Of a stretch of 32,000 bases of DNA, positions 19,772 to 28,856 are shown piece after piece. A program made the translations under genes and the position numbers. Location of the stretch: positions 150,001 through 182,000 of the forward strand of contig NZ_CP065936.1 in assembly GCF_003367075.2 (NCBI RefSeq), read 5' to 3'. Source of the DNA: Cylindrospermopsis raciborskii Cr2010. Its GTDB lineage: Bacteria > Cyanobacteriota > Cyanobacteriia > Cyanobacteriales > Nostocaceae. The notes under the pieces are model-generated. The model was not told the origin of the DNA. It did not search any database and was given only the letters and a program-made list of their open reading frames with translations. Each line of letters starts with the position of its first letter. The stretch's first letter is position 1.

Positions 19772-21142
19772 TTATTTCTTTGCTGTTTGAGCAACCTGGT
19801 CTAAGATTCCTAATACTTCTCTCTCAAAGGTAACTTGGGCCCGGTTAGTTTTTCCACCCACGTATAAGACATCACCATGTTGTAAGGCCCAAATTTGAGA
19901 ATGAGAAAAATAACTCATGACCACTCCTAGCATTAATAGGGCAAAACCTGTATACACAATAGGAATTCCTGGATCATATTTAATTTGTAAACCCGTGCTA
20001 CCGACAACATCAAGAATTTTTAAATTCACCCCGTTAACAGGTATGGACATTCCTGCGCGCACGGTATTTACTAATTTTCCTTCGTTATCATAGATTAAGA
20101 CCATACCTTGTAGATCTTTTGCTAACAGGGAAACTCCCGCACTTAAATCTGGTTTGGTTGGTATCCAGGTTCCCCATAATCTACCTTGGCCATTAGTATT
20201 TAGTAATGCCATGGGTAATTGAAAAATAGGACTGTTATTAATTTTGACTTTAACCGCAGCAATTCCCCAATCTGTTTGATAGAAGACTACACCATGATAG
20301 CGTAATGGTTTATTAACATAAATATTTTCATGGTTAACTTCTTCACCTTGGTAATTTAAAACTGATAGATCGGAGTAAAATTGGTCAATTCCCCCTTTGG
20401 GAGTATAATCAATCCAAAATCTGTTAACTTTAACAGACCAGTTTTTTAACACATCCTGAGAAGACCAAGCTCCCGCATCAATGATATTTTTCACCTGGAA
20501 GGTGTCACCGGAGGTAATCATTTCCTGGGCCATAAAGCCCGTCATTGCGCCCCATATTCCTCCTAGCAATATCATCACAATTCCAATATGTACAACAATA
20601 GGACCCATCTTACCAATTATCCCCTTACGAGCATAAAGTAGATGATTGCTTTCCTCTTGCTGGAAAATTTGATATTGGCTTTTCTTTAATAGGGCAGTGA
20701 TGGAATTTAAGTTAACATTATTTAATTCAGCACTAAGAGCTAGTTTATTAAACTTTCTTGGCTCGTCATAATATTGCCACTTTTGAGCGGTTTTTAAAGC
20801 TGGTAGTTGTCGTGTGAAGGTACACGCTGTTAAACTCACACCAAATAGGACCAGTAAGGACAAAAACCACCAAGTGCGATAAACATGATCTAACCCTACC
20901 ACCTGAATCACCTTCCAACTGAGAAAACCAAATAAAGCTGGATGTTCAGGATAATTGGCCTGATAAAAAGCAGGAGTTTGTCCCTGTTCGATTACGGTGC
21001 CACTAACACTAAAAACAGCAATGACTAATAATAAAACAATTGCTAATTTCAAATCGGTAAGTACGGGTAAAATTTCCTTTCTTATAAAACGAATCGGAAG
21101 GGAAACTAAGTTAAATTCTGGAGATGAAGAATCGAGTGTCAT
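19772..21142 (-). CDS. ccs1: Cytochrome c biogenesis protein Ccs1/CcsB (ResB family, system II)
   Basis: 456 aa. N-terminal TM helices, a large lumenal domain and a C-terminal TM, with ResB-like sequence ([38 protein letters not shown]). Confidence 0.9.
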   Translation of the reverse strand: MTLDSSSPEFNLVSLPIRFIRKEILPVLTDLKLAIVLLLVIAVFSVSGTVIEQGQTPAFYQANYPEHPALFGFLSWKVIQVVGLDHVYRTWWFLSLLVLFGVSLTACTFTRQLPALKTAQKWQYYDEPRKFNKLALSAELNNVNLNSITALLKKSQYQIFQQEESNHLLYARKGIIGKMGPIVVHIGIVMILLGGIWGAMTGFMAQEMITSGDTFQVKNIIDAGAWSSQDVLKNWSVKVNRFWIDYTPKGGIDQFYSDLSVLNYQGEEVNHENIYVNKPLRYHGVVFYQTDWGIAAVKVKINNSPIFQLPMALLNTNGQGRLWGTWIPTKPDLSAGVSLLAKDLQGMVLIYDNEGKLVNTVRAGMSIPVNGVNLKILDVVGSTGLQIKYDPGIPIVYTGFALLMLGVVMSYFSHSQIWALQHGDVLYVGGKTNRAQVTFEREVLGILDQVAQTAKK

Positions 21143-21177
21143 TGCTGAAAGGTTTGAGGTTTACATTAATCAAGAGT

Positions 21178-21300
21178 GATAAGTAAGTTGGCGTTAAAAA
21201 ACCAAACTATGTAAAGATAAATAGGATAAGTGGGTGAGTGGAATTAAACACAAGATGAACGTAGGTTGGGTTGAGGAACGAAACCCAACGCCCCCATGGG
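21178..21300 (+). repeat. Dispersed hairpin-repeat family, copy C (longest copy)
   Basis: The core at 21227-21300, taagtgggtgagtggaattaaacacaagatgaacgtaGGTTGGGTTgaggaacgaAACCCAACgcccccatggg, contains the 8-bp stem GTTGGGTT/AACCCAAC. The 11-mer gataagtaagt at 21178-21188 also begins copy B, which suggests a longer unit with an internal deletion in B. Confidence 0.75.
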
Positions 21301-21331
21301 CATCCTACAAATAATTGTGCCTCCCTACTTA

Positions 21332-22072
21332 CTAATAAATACCAATAGGTAATCGAGAAAGCAAGGAAAAAACTCCAAAACCTACTAATAATACACCACT
21401 AACCGGGTTTATCCAACCCGACCACCGACGGAATTCCAGCAGTTTTTTAATGGTCGCAGTAAAGGTACCTGCTAAAATTAATGGTGTTACATATCCAGCT
21501 GTATATGCTAGTAGCAAAAATGCCCCTAATAAGAAATCTTGACTGTTGGCAACCCAACCTAATAAACTGGCTAGTACAGGGGTGCTACAGGGTGAAGCAA
21601 CTAACCCGAAGGTTAATCCAATACAATAGGAGCGAACCCCAGATGGCATGTCATTTGATATCCAATTGGTTTCACCCCAGGATGGAAATTGTAAGGGTAG
21701 AGCTTCTAATAGGTTTAAACCCATAATAATCGCCAAAATACTCACAATGATTGGTAGTCCCATTCCTACCTGACCATAAATCTTTCCTACTAAACCAGCT
21801 AGGATCCCTAAACCCGCTAATGTGGTTGCTAGTCCTAATGCAAACCAGGTAGATTGTGCAGCGGCTTGTAATCGGCTTTTAGCTTCATATCCTCCAATAT
21901 AACCAATGGTAATTGGCAGCATAGATAACATACAAGGAGTCAAACTCGTTAACAAGCCAGCAAGAAAGATGATGGCAATACTAATGATTGTTAGATGACT
22001 TAGTTGTTGGGTAACTAGGATGTTAGCGAATTGTTCCAGATGATAAATTTGGGTTTGCAGGTTCTCCAGCAT
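21332..22072 (-). CDS. ccdA: Cytochrome c biogenesis thiol-disulfide transporter CcdA (DsbD family)
   Basis: 246-aa six-TM protein with the two conserved Cys motifs LTPCMLSMLP and ASPCSTPVLA. Confidence 0.9.
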   Translation of the reverse strand: MLENLQTQIYHLEQFANILVTQQLSHLTIISIAIIFLAGLLTSLTPCMLSMLPITIGYIGGYEAKSRLQAAAQSTWFALGLATTLAGLGILAGLVGKIYGQVGMGLPIIVSILAIIMGLNLLEALPLQFPSWGETNWISNDMPSGVRSYCIGLTFGLVASPCSTPVLASLLGWVANSQDFLLGAFLLLAYTAGYVTPLILAGTFTATIKKLLEFRRWSGWINPVSGVLLVGFGVFSLLSRLPIGIY

Positions 22073-22263
22073 GGTTTATCTTTTTATCAAGTTATGAAGT
22101 CTTTCCCTATATCTTAGCTTAATTCTTGCCAAAAGGGGGAGAAGAGGAAGATAAGAGAGAATTGATTATTGGGGGAGGTTTGGTTTATAATGTGGTCACG
22201 CTTCTGATATTTTTTGGGCTTCTCTGGGTAAATTACCAAAAAATACAGACAGGAAGAAAAATC

Positions 22264-25200
22264 ATGACTAAATCATTTGCTGCAATTGATGGTAATGAAG
22301 CAGTAGCACGGGTGGCATATAAGTTAAATGAGGTGATTGCTATTTATCCAATTACTCCATCATCAAATATGGGTGAATGGACTGATGGCTGGATGGCAGA
22401 AAATAAACCCAATTTATGGGGGACAGTTCCCCAGGTGACTCAAATGCAAAGTGAAGGTGGTGCAGCTGCTGCTGTACATGGTGCCTTACAAACAGGGTCT
22501 TTAAGTACAACTTTTACTGCTTCCCAGGGTTTATTATTAATGATTCCCAATTTGTTTAAAATTGCAGGGGAATTAACTAGTTTTGTTCTTCATGTTTCTG
22601 CTCGTTCTTTGGCTACCCATGCTCTATCCATTTTTGGAGATCATAGTGATGTCATGGCAGCTAGAACTACTGGTTTTGCCTTACTTTGTTCAACTTCTGT
22701 ACAAGAAAGCCATGATTTTGCTCTGATTGCTCAGGTGGCAACTTTACAAGCTAGAGTTCCCTTTTTACATTTCTTTGATGGGTTTAGAACTTCCCATGAG
22801 GTGCAAAAAATTGAGTTGTTATCTGATGAAGTTTTACGAGAATTCCTACCTATAGATTTAGTATTATCCCATCGTCAAAGGTGTTTAACTCCCGACCAAC
22901 CAGTGTTAAGAGGTACAGCACAAAATCCAGATGTTTATTTTCAGTCCCGTGAAGGTGCTAATCCCTATTATCAAACCTGTCCAGAAATTGTGGAGAGGAT
23001 TATGAATAGGTTTGCCCAAAAGACGGGGAGACATTACAAACTATATGAATATCACGGTCATCCTCAAGCCCAACAAGTAATTGTTCTCATGGGTTCTGGT
23101 TGCGAAACGGTTCATGAAACTGTTGATTATCTCAATCAACAAGGAGAAAAATTAGGTGTTGTCAAAGTCCGACTTTTTCAACCTTTTGATGTGGGAAGAT
23201 TTATTGAAGCTCTACCCAATAGTGTAAAATCCATTGCTGTTTTGGATAGAACCAAAGAACCAGGAACTGTAGGAGAGCCTTTATATTTACAGGTAGTTAC
23301 TGCTATTCATGAAGGGTGGAAAAAATCCTCATTCCCTAAAATTGTTGGCGGAAGATATGGCTTATCTTCTAAAGAATTTACTCCAGCAATGGTCAAGGCA
23401 GTTTTTGAAAACCTGACTCAGCCCAAACCCAAAAATCATTTTACCATCGGGATTAAGGATGATGTGACTTTCACTTCCCTCAGTTTTGATCCTAGTTTTT
23501 CTACTGAACCAGATACTGTGGTGCGGGCCATGTTTTATGGTTTGGGTTCCGATGGCACAGTTGGTGCTAATAAAAACTCTATCAAAATTATTGCCGAGGG
23601 GACAGAAAATAATGCTCAGGCTTATTTTGTGTATGACTCTAAAAAATCTGGTTCTATGACCGTTTCTCATTTACGTTTTGGCATGGACAAAATTCGCTCT
23701 ACCTATCTCATTAATCAAGCCAATTTTATTGGTTGTCATCATTGGGGGTTTCTGGAGAATATTGATATCCTAAAAAATGCTGCTCCTGGTGGAGTGTTTT
23801 TACTCAATAGTCCCTATCAACCAGAGGAGGTTTGGCAATATTTACCTAGGAAAGTGCAACGGCAAATTCTTGACAAACACCTGAAAGTTTATGCTATTAA
23901 TGCCAATCTAGTGGCTAAAAACAGTGGTATGGGAAGAAGGATTAATACTATTATGCAGGTGTGCTTCTTTCAATTGGCGGGGATATTACCAGAAGTGGAA
24001 GCTATTGCCAAAATTAAACATTCCATTGAAAAAACCTACGCCAAAAAAGGTAATGATGTGGTGAAGATGAATTTGCAAGCGGTTGATAACACCCTAGCAA
24101 ATCTTCATCAGGTGTTAGTTCCTACAGTAGGAATTGTTGATGATAACCCGGTGAATTACCAATCATCCATGGGTAAACCTGAATTTATCCAGGGGGTTCT
24201 GAACAAAATCATGGTGTGGGAAGGGAATGATCTACCTGTGAGTGCTTTACCTGCTGACGGAACTTTCCCCACCGGTACCGCAAAGTGGGAAAAACGTAAT
24301 ATCGCGGAGGAAATTCCCGTTTGGGATGAAAATGTTTGTGTCCAGTGCGGGAAGTGTGTCATGGTTTGTCCCCATGCTACCATTCGTGCCAAAACTTATG
24401 CACCACACCAATTGCTAAATGCACCAGCAACTTTCAAGTCCACGGATGCTAAAGATAAAAGTTTTGCTGGGCAAAAATTTACTATTCAAATTGCACCTGA
24501 AGACTGTACAGGTTGTAGTTTATGTGTGAATATTTGTCCTGCTAAAAATAAAGCAGAACCCACAAAAAAGGCTTTGAATATGCACCCTCAAATACCTTTG
24601 AGAGCGCTGGAAAAAGAAAATTGGGAATTCTTTTTGAATTTACCCAATCCTGACCGCAGAAAGTTGAAATTAAATCAAATTCGTCAACAACAATTGCAAG
24701 AACCATTATTTGAATTCTCCGGAGCTTGTGCAGGATGCGGAGAAACTCCATATTTGAAATTACTCACCCAATTATTTGGAGACCGCGCCCTCATTGCTAA
24801 TGCTACCGGTTGCTCTTCTATTTATGGCGGTAATCTCCCAACTACTCCATGGACTAAAAACCAAGAAGGTCGAGGTCCTGCATGGTCTAATAGTTTATTT
24901 GAAGATAATGCGGAGTTTGGTTTTGGCTATCGCCTATCTATAGATAAACAGACAGAATTTGCAGTGGAACTATTGCAAAATTTACGTGGTCACATAGGCG
25001 ATCGCCTGGTTAATGACATAGTGCGAAACAGTCAAAAAACAGAGGTAGATATTTGGGAGCAAAGGGAAAATGTGTCCCATCTCAAACAGAGATTGAGTGA
25101 AATTCTAGCACAAACCCAGGAAGAAAACCTGGGAGTAAAAATCCAGAATTTGCAATCTTTAGCTGATTTTTTGGTCAAAAAGAGTGTGTGGATAGTAGGA

Positions 25201-25821
25201 GGCGATGGATGGGCTTATGATATTGATTTTCATGGCATTGACCATATTTTAGCCAGTGGTAAAAATGTGAATATTTTAGTCATGGATACGGAAGTTTATT
25301 CCAACACGGGGGGTCAATCTTCCAAAGCTACTCCCACTGCTGCGGTGGCAAAATTTGCTGCTAGTGGTAAACCAGCAGGAAAGAAAGATTTGGGTTTAAT
25401 GGCCATGACATATAATAATGTTTATGTTGCTAGTGTTGCTTTAGGTGCTAGGGATGAGCAAACATTAAAAGCCTTTTTAGAAGCAGAAGCTTTTGATGGT
25501 CCATCCCTAATAATTGCCTATAGTCATTGTATTGCTCACGGGATAGATATGACCAATGGTTTACAACAGCAAAAAGCCTTAGTTGAGTCTGGTAGATGGT
25601 TGTTATATCGCTATAATCCCACATTACAAAAGGAGGGAAAAAACCCCCTACAATTAGATATGAAAGCTCCCAGCGAACTGGTAGAGAAATCCATGTATCA
25701 GGAGAATCGGTTTAAGATCTTAATGAAGAGTAAACCGGAAATTGCCCAACAATTGTTGATACAAGCTCAACAGGAAGTTAATACCAGATGGGGTGTATAC
25801 CAATATTTGGCTAATAAATAA
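22264..25821 (+). CDS. nifJ: Pyruvate:ferredoxin (flavodoxin) oxidoreductase
   Basis: The canonical PFOR N-terminus MTKSFAAIDGNEAVARVAY starts at ATG 22264. There are two 4Fe-4S ferredoxin motifs (CVQCGKCVMVCP, CTGCSLCVNICP) and a TPP domain (GGDGWAYDIDF). Length is about 1185 aa. Confidence 0.95.
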   Translation: MTKSFAAIDGNEAVARVAYKLNEVIAIYPITPSSNMGEWTDGWMAENKPNLWGTVPQVTQMQSEGGAAAAVHGALQTGSLSTTFTASQGLLLMIPNLFKIAGELTSFVLHVSARSLATHALSIFGDHSDVMAARTTGFALLCSTSVQESHDFALIAQVATLQARVPFLHFFDGFRTSHEVQKIELLSDEVLREFLPIDLVLSHRQRCLTPDQPVLRGTAQNPDVYFQSREGANPYYQTCPEIVERIMNRFAQKTGRHYKLYEYHGHPQAQQVIVLMGSGCETVHETVDYLNQQGEKLGVVKVRLFQPFDVGRFIEALPNSVKSIAVLDRTKEPGTVGEPLYLQVVTAIHEGWKKSSFPKIVGGRYGLSSKEFTPAMVKAVFENLTQPKPKNHFTIGIKDDVTFTSLSFDPSFSTEPDTVVRAMFYGLGSDGTVGANKNSIKIIAEGTENNAQAYFVYDSKKSGSMTVSHLRFGMDKIRSTYLINQANFIGCHHWGFLENIDILKNAAPGGVFLLNSPYQPEEVWQYLPRKVQRQILDKHLKVYAINANLVAKNSGMGRRINTIMQVCFFQLAGILPEVEAIAKIKHSIEKTYAKKGNDVVKMNLQAVDNTLANLHQVLVPTVGIVDDNPVNYQSSMGKPEFIQGVLNKIMVWEGNDLPVSALPADGTFPTGTAKWEKRNIAEEIPVWDENVCVQCGKCVMVCPHATIRAKTYAPHQLLNAPATFKSTDAKDKSFAGQKFTIQIAPEDCTGCSLCVNICPAKNKAEPTKKALNMHPQIPLRALEKENWEFFLNLPNPDRRKLKLNQIRQQQLQEPLFEFSGACAGCGETPYLKLLTQLFGDRALIANATGCSSIYGGNLPTTPWTKNQEGRGPAWSNSLFEDNAEFGFGYRLSIDKQTEFAVELLQNLRGHIGDRLVNDIVRNSQKTEVDIWEQRENVSHLKQRLSEILAQTQEENLGVKIQNLQSLADFLVKKSVWIVGGDGWAYDIDFHGIDHILASGKNVNILVMDTEVYSNTGGQSSKATPTAAVAKFAASGKPAGKKDLGLMAMTYNNVYVASVALGARDEQTLKAFLEAEAFDGPSLIIAYSHCIAHGIDMTNGLQQQKALVESGRWLLYRYNPTLQKEGKNPLQLDMKAPSELVEKSMYQENRFKILMKSKPEIAQQLLIQAQQEVNTRWGVYQYLANK

Positions 25822-25828
25822 ATGATAA

Positions 25829-25844
25829 GGGGGGGAAACCCCCC
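25829..25844. terminator. GC hairpin between convergent nifJ and infC (candidate bidirectional terminator)
   Basis: GGGGGGG-AAA-CCCCCC, flanked by ATAAG...CTTAT. It lies in the 33-nt gap between the two stop codons. Confidence 0.5.
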
Positions 25845-25854
25845 GCCCCATATC

Positions 25855-26388
25855 TTATTTTTTAGGAGAAATGAGCATCATCATATTTCTCCCTTCTTTT
25901 TTAGGAGCTTGTTGAACCTCACCAAAGGGTTCTAGGTCTGTAGCCATACGATTTAGTAAGGTCTCCGCTAAATCACTGTGCTGAATTTCTCGACCCCGGA
26001 ACATTACAGTGGCTTTAACCTTGTCCCCATCTTTAAGAAAGCGTTCCGCCTGCTTCACACGCACATTATAGTCGTGCTCCTCTATTTTGTAGCGCATTTT
26101 TACTTCCTTAACATCAGCCGTGTGCTGCTTTTTCCGGGCTTCCCGCGCCTTTTTTTCTTGCTCAAACTTATATTTCCCGTAGTCCATGATTCGACAAACC
26201 GGTGGGTCTGCTTTATCACTGAGCAAGACCAGGTCTAGCTCTTTTTCTTCTGCTAGTCGCAGAGCTTCTAATGGTGCCATGATACCCAATTGGGCACCTT
26301 CACTGTCAATGACTCGAATTTTTGGGAAACGAATACGTTCGTTAATTTGGGGGAGATCGCGAGTTCTTTTTTTCTCAATCACAGGCAT
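25855..26388 (-). CDS. infC: Translation initiation factor IF-3
   Basis: [37 protein letters not shown]..., 177 aa from ATG 26388. The longer frame back to 26511 adds 41 residues that do not look like IF-3. Confidence 0.93.
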   Translation of the reverse strand: MPVIEKKRTRDLPQINERIRFPKIRVIDSEGAQLGIMAPLEALRLAEEKELDLVLLSDKADPPVCRIMDYGKYKFEQEKKAREARKKQHTADVKEVKMRYKIEEHDYNVRVKQAERFLKDGDKVKATVMFRGREIQHSDLAETLLNRMATDLEPFGEVQQAPKKEGRNMMMLISPKK

Positions 26389-26630
26389 TATGATTTTTAA
26401 GAGATCCTTTGTTAGAGATTTGGATTGGTCTTGGCTTACTTGGTTGCGTTTACTATGGAAATTTTTGAACCACGAAGGAAAAAGTTTAACTTGTTTCCTG
26501 ACCGTTTTCACATTCTAGTTTAGCACAAAACCTGTCGTCAAACGACTAGTTGCGAAACCAACAACAATTCTCATTTTAAAACATTTGTACTAAAAATCCT
26601 TGGATTTTTCCCCTTGGTGTGCCCTAACTA

Positions 26631-26966
26631 TCACATACGTGTAAGAGCTGATACTTTAGCTATCTTATTCACTTCTAGTCCCTCTAGATCTTTAATATGT
26701 AGCCAACCTTCCCTGACCAATTGGGCAAAAACAAATATCAACACAGAGTATCTATAGTCGTATTTGCCATCAATCTGATGCCTTCTTGCACTCAGGAAAT
26801 CGTGTAATTGCCATATCTCATCTAGTTTTGTAATCGTGCCGGCTTGTTCACGAACTGTTTCTATTAAGGCATTAATCTCTCGCTCATAAGCTAGATCAAA
26901 GGCTTTTCGAGCTAACTCCTTCTCTGTTGTAGACCACTCAATGTCATTCACTTGAACCATCCCCAT
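26631..26966 (-). CDS. frp: Fluorescence recovery protein (OCP regulator)
   Basis: 111 aa. IWQLHDFLSARRHQIDGKYDYRYSVLIFVFAQLVREG matches the FRP core as I recall it from Synechocystis slr1964. It sits directly downstream of ocp. Confidence 0.85.
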   Translation of the reverse strand: MGMVQVNDIEWSTTEKELARKAFDLAYEREINALIETVREQAGTITKLDEIWQLHDFLSARRHQIDGKYDYRYSVLIFVFAQLVREGWLHIKDLEGLEVNKIAKVSALTRM

Positions 26967-27071
26967 ATTAACTGTTAGTTCTCAAAATTAGTTGTCAAAA
27001 TTAAAAATCACTTCCCAGGAGAAAGTGCTAAAGACCATATAACTCGTCTGTTGCAAGTGAGCGTACAAAGA

Positions 27072-27107
27072 TTGTGTAAGCAAGAATACTAACCCCCACT
27101 TACACAA
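27072..27107 (-). terminator. Hairpin downstream of ocp (candidate terminator separating ocp and frp transcripts)
   Basis: 9-bp perfect inverted repeat TTGTGTAAG / CTTACACAA (27072-27080 and 27099-27107), 15 nt after the ocp stop. It is followed on the minus strand by TCTTTGT. Confidence 0.45.
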
Positions 27108-27121
27108 GCTAAAAAACTGCC

Positions 27122-28081
27122 CTATCGCATCAAGTTGAGCAGTTCCTTAGGAGAAGCTAATAAGTCAATTGCAACAAAGAAGATCTTACCCTGAGGATTA
27201 AGCAAGAATCGCCAAGCGATATTCATTCCCACGGACGAGCCAAACCAGGGAGTTTGTACTTTACCGGTCACCTTTATTTGGGTGTAACCATCTTCTACAG
27301 GTTCAGAAACTCCTCTTTCTGGAACCAGTGTCAGATTTTGACATTCCTCATTGAAAAATCTCAGAATGGCATCTCTGCCAACTATAGGTTTTTGAAAAGG
27401 GGGTTGGAGGGCACCGTCAGGAGCAAACAGATCGATTAAGGCACTGAAGTCATTAGCATTCAAATTATTTACGTAGCTTAGCACTGTTGAGTTAGTTAGC
27501 CCTTCAATGGTAACTTGAGTCCGCTTTGACATTTCCGTAGGAACAACAACAGGTTCAGATACTCTGGTATAATCACCCAACTTGTTTGGGTCAAATCCCA
27601 TATCCACTACAGTACTGCGTAAGGTTGTAATTTGCTGTCCCTGGTCCATTTCCCTCAGTGCTTGTAACACTGCTGCTGCATTAGCAGAAAGTTGGTATCC
27701 CGCTGGGATCGGAGCAACAATACCCTGTTCCATCCACTCACCCAGTTGATTCCAAAATCCTAGCTTGATATTAGGAGACCATGCTGCGTAGGTGCGGCAA
27801 ATTGGGGTATCGGCATTATTCGCCAAGTCACACATAGCCTGTGTTTGTTCAGGAAAAGACATTTGACGAATTTGATTCAACGTAGGTTCTGCGAACTGCA
27901 TGCTAGCAGCTCCTGGTGCGGCAATTGTAACGGTCTTGCCCATTTCAAGATAGGCAAACCAAATCCATGCTAGTTGATCTTCTGCACTGAGCTGCTTAAA
28001 TCGGGCGATTGTAGCTGGTACTGCATCAGCGGAAAGAGTTTGTGGAAAAATCCCACGAGCCGAGTCAATTGTAATTGCCAT
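27122..28081 (-). CDS. ocp: Orange carotenoid protein (OCP1 type)
   Basis: Near-colinear with Synechocystis OCP as I recall it (MAITIDSARGIFPQTL...IWFAYLEMGKT...NIAWRFLLNP...). The equivalents of R155, Y201 and W288 are present (TLRSTVVDMGF, LSYVNNL, IAWRF). Confidence 0.97.
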   Translation of the reverse strand: MAITIDSARGIFPQTLSADAVPATIARFKQLSAEDQLAWIWFAYLEMGKTVTIAAPGAASMQFAEPTLNQIRQMSFPEQTQAMCDLANNADTPICRTYAAWSPNIKLGFWNQLGEWMEQGIVAPIPAGYQLSANAAAVLQALREMDQGQQITTLRSTVVDMGFDPNKLGDYTRVSEPVVVPTEMSKRTQVTIEGLTNSTVLSYVNNLNANDFSALIDLFAPDGALQPPFQKPIVGRDAILRFFNEECQNLTLVPERGVSEPVEDGYTQIKVTGKVQTPWFGSSVGMNIAWRFLLNPQGKIFFVAIDLLASPKELLNLMR

Positions 28082-28199
28082 AGTGTAAACCCATATCTTG
28101 AATTACATCACACAAGATTAAGGATCCCACAAAACTGAACCCAATTATCCTTTTAGACAAATAAAACTTAACTTTTTTCTGCCAATATGGCAACGCCAC

Positions 28200-28667
28200 C
28201 TAGATGTCTTTTAATAACCAAAAACCAGTGAAAGTTATTCCTGAGTGGTCAGGTTGCACTAATAAAAAATGCACTCCCCCACTTACTTTTTTACGTTGTT
28301 GATAAACTTTACCAGCTGCTGTGACATCAATGTCTGTAAAAGTGGCTACTATCCAGGGATTCGTTGAACTAGACTGTAAAATCAATCCATCAGGGGCACC
28401 AGGAATATAGTTTAAACTAACTGGATTATTTTCATTTAACCATCTTGCTAAACGTAAAGACTGTTTACCACCATAAATTATCACTCCAGGTATGGAAACA
28501 GTCACAGCCAAACTAAGCTTAGCTGGTACAAAGGAGTCTGGTATTTTCTTAAATGGAATTGAACGACTACCAAACTCTTCGAGGATATCACCAGCACTAA
28601 CACTTGCAAAACACCACTGCTCCCCCCAAAGGCTCTCTGGTAATGGCATTGGTGGTAGCTGATTCAT
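28200..28667 (-). CDS. Protein resembling only the C-terminal domain of the Tab2/DUF1092 family
   Basis: 155 aa. LPESLWGEQWCFASV..., IPGVIIYGG...LARWL, DGLILQS...WIVATF and GVHFLLVQPD...FTGFWLL fit my recollection of the Tab2-like C-terminal half. GGGAG lies 7 nt before the ATG, and an in-frame TAA lies 7 codons upstream. Confidence 0.5.
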   Translation of the reverse strand: MNQLPPMPLPESLWGEQWCFASVSAGDILEEFGSRSIPFKKIPDSFVPAKLSLAVTVSIPGVIIYGGKQSLRLARWLNENNPVSLNYIPGAPDGLILQSSSTNPWIVATFTDIDVTAAGKVYQQRKKVSGGVHFLLVQPDHSGITFTGFWLLKDI

Positions 28668-28710
28668 ACCGAGACTCCCTACAACTTATGAACTATCGAA
28701 CTATATTAAA

Positions 28711-28784
28711 TGGCTCAGGTCGGATTCGAACCAACGACCCCAGGCTTATGAGTCCCGTGCTCTAACCTACTGAGCTACTGAGCC
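28711..28784 (-). tRNA. Elongator tRNA-Met (anticodon CAU), no encoded CCA
   Basis: The minus strand reads GGCTCAGTAGCTCAGTAGGTTAGAGCACGGGACTCATAAGCCTGGGGTCGTTGGTTCGAATCCGACCTGAGCCA. It folds as a cloverleaf with G1-C72 and is close to E. coli metT outside the anticodon stem, although tRNA-Ile2(CAU) is not formally excluded. The anticodon stem ends in an A31/G39 mismatch. Confidence 0.88.
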
Positions 28785-28856
28785 TAACTTTTTATTTGTC
28801 TAACCTATCCTAGCACAGTATTTCCTCCATGACAACTCCCCAAAAGAAATTTTTTG

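Noticed and set aside
22160-22170. AT-rich aattgattatt upstream of nifJ, considered as a Fur box because nifJ is iron-responsive in Anabaena
   Set aside because: It is only a partial resemblance to the Fur consensus, with no dyad symmetry, and cannot be supported from sequence alone.
22126-22263. 46-codon N-terminal extension of nifJ with a hydrophobic stretch
   Set aside because: The canonical PFOR N-terminus (MTKSFAAIDGNEAVARVAY) starts at ATG 22264. The extension starts at a non-ATG codon and has no counterpart in the PFOR proteins I know.
26389-26511. 41-codon upstream extension of infC. I considered a non-canonical IF-3 start, as in E. coli AUU autoregulation, because ATA ATC ATA precedes the ATG.
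   Set aside because: A normal ATG at 26388 gives the standard 177-aa cyanobacterial IF-3 N-terminus [21 protein letters not shown]. Nothing in the sequence requires a non-canonical start.
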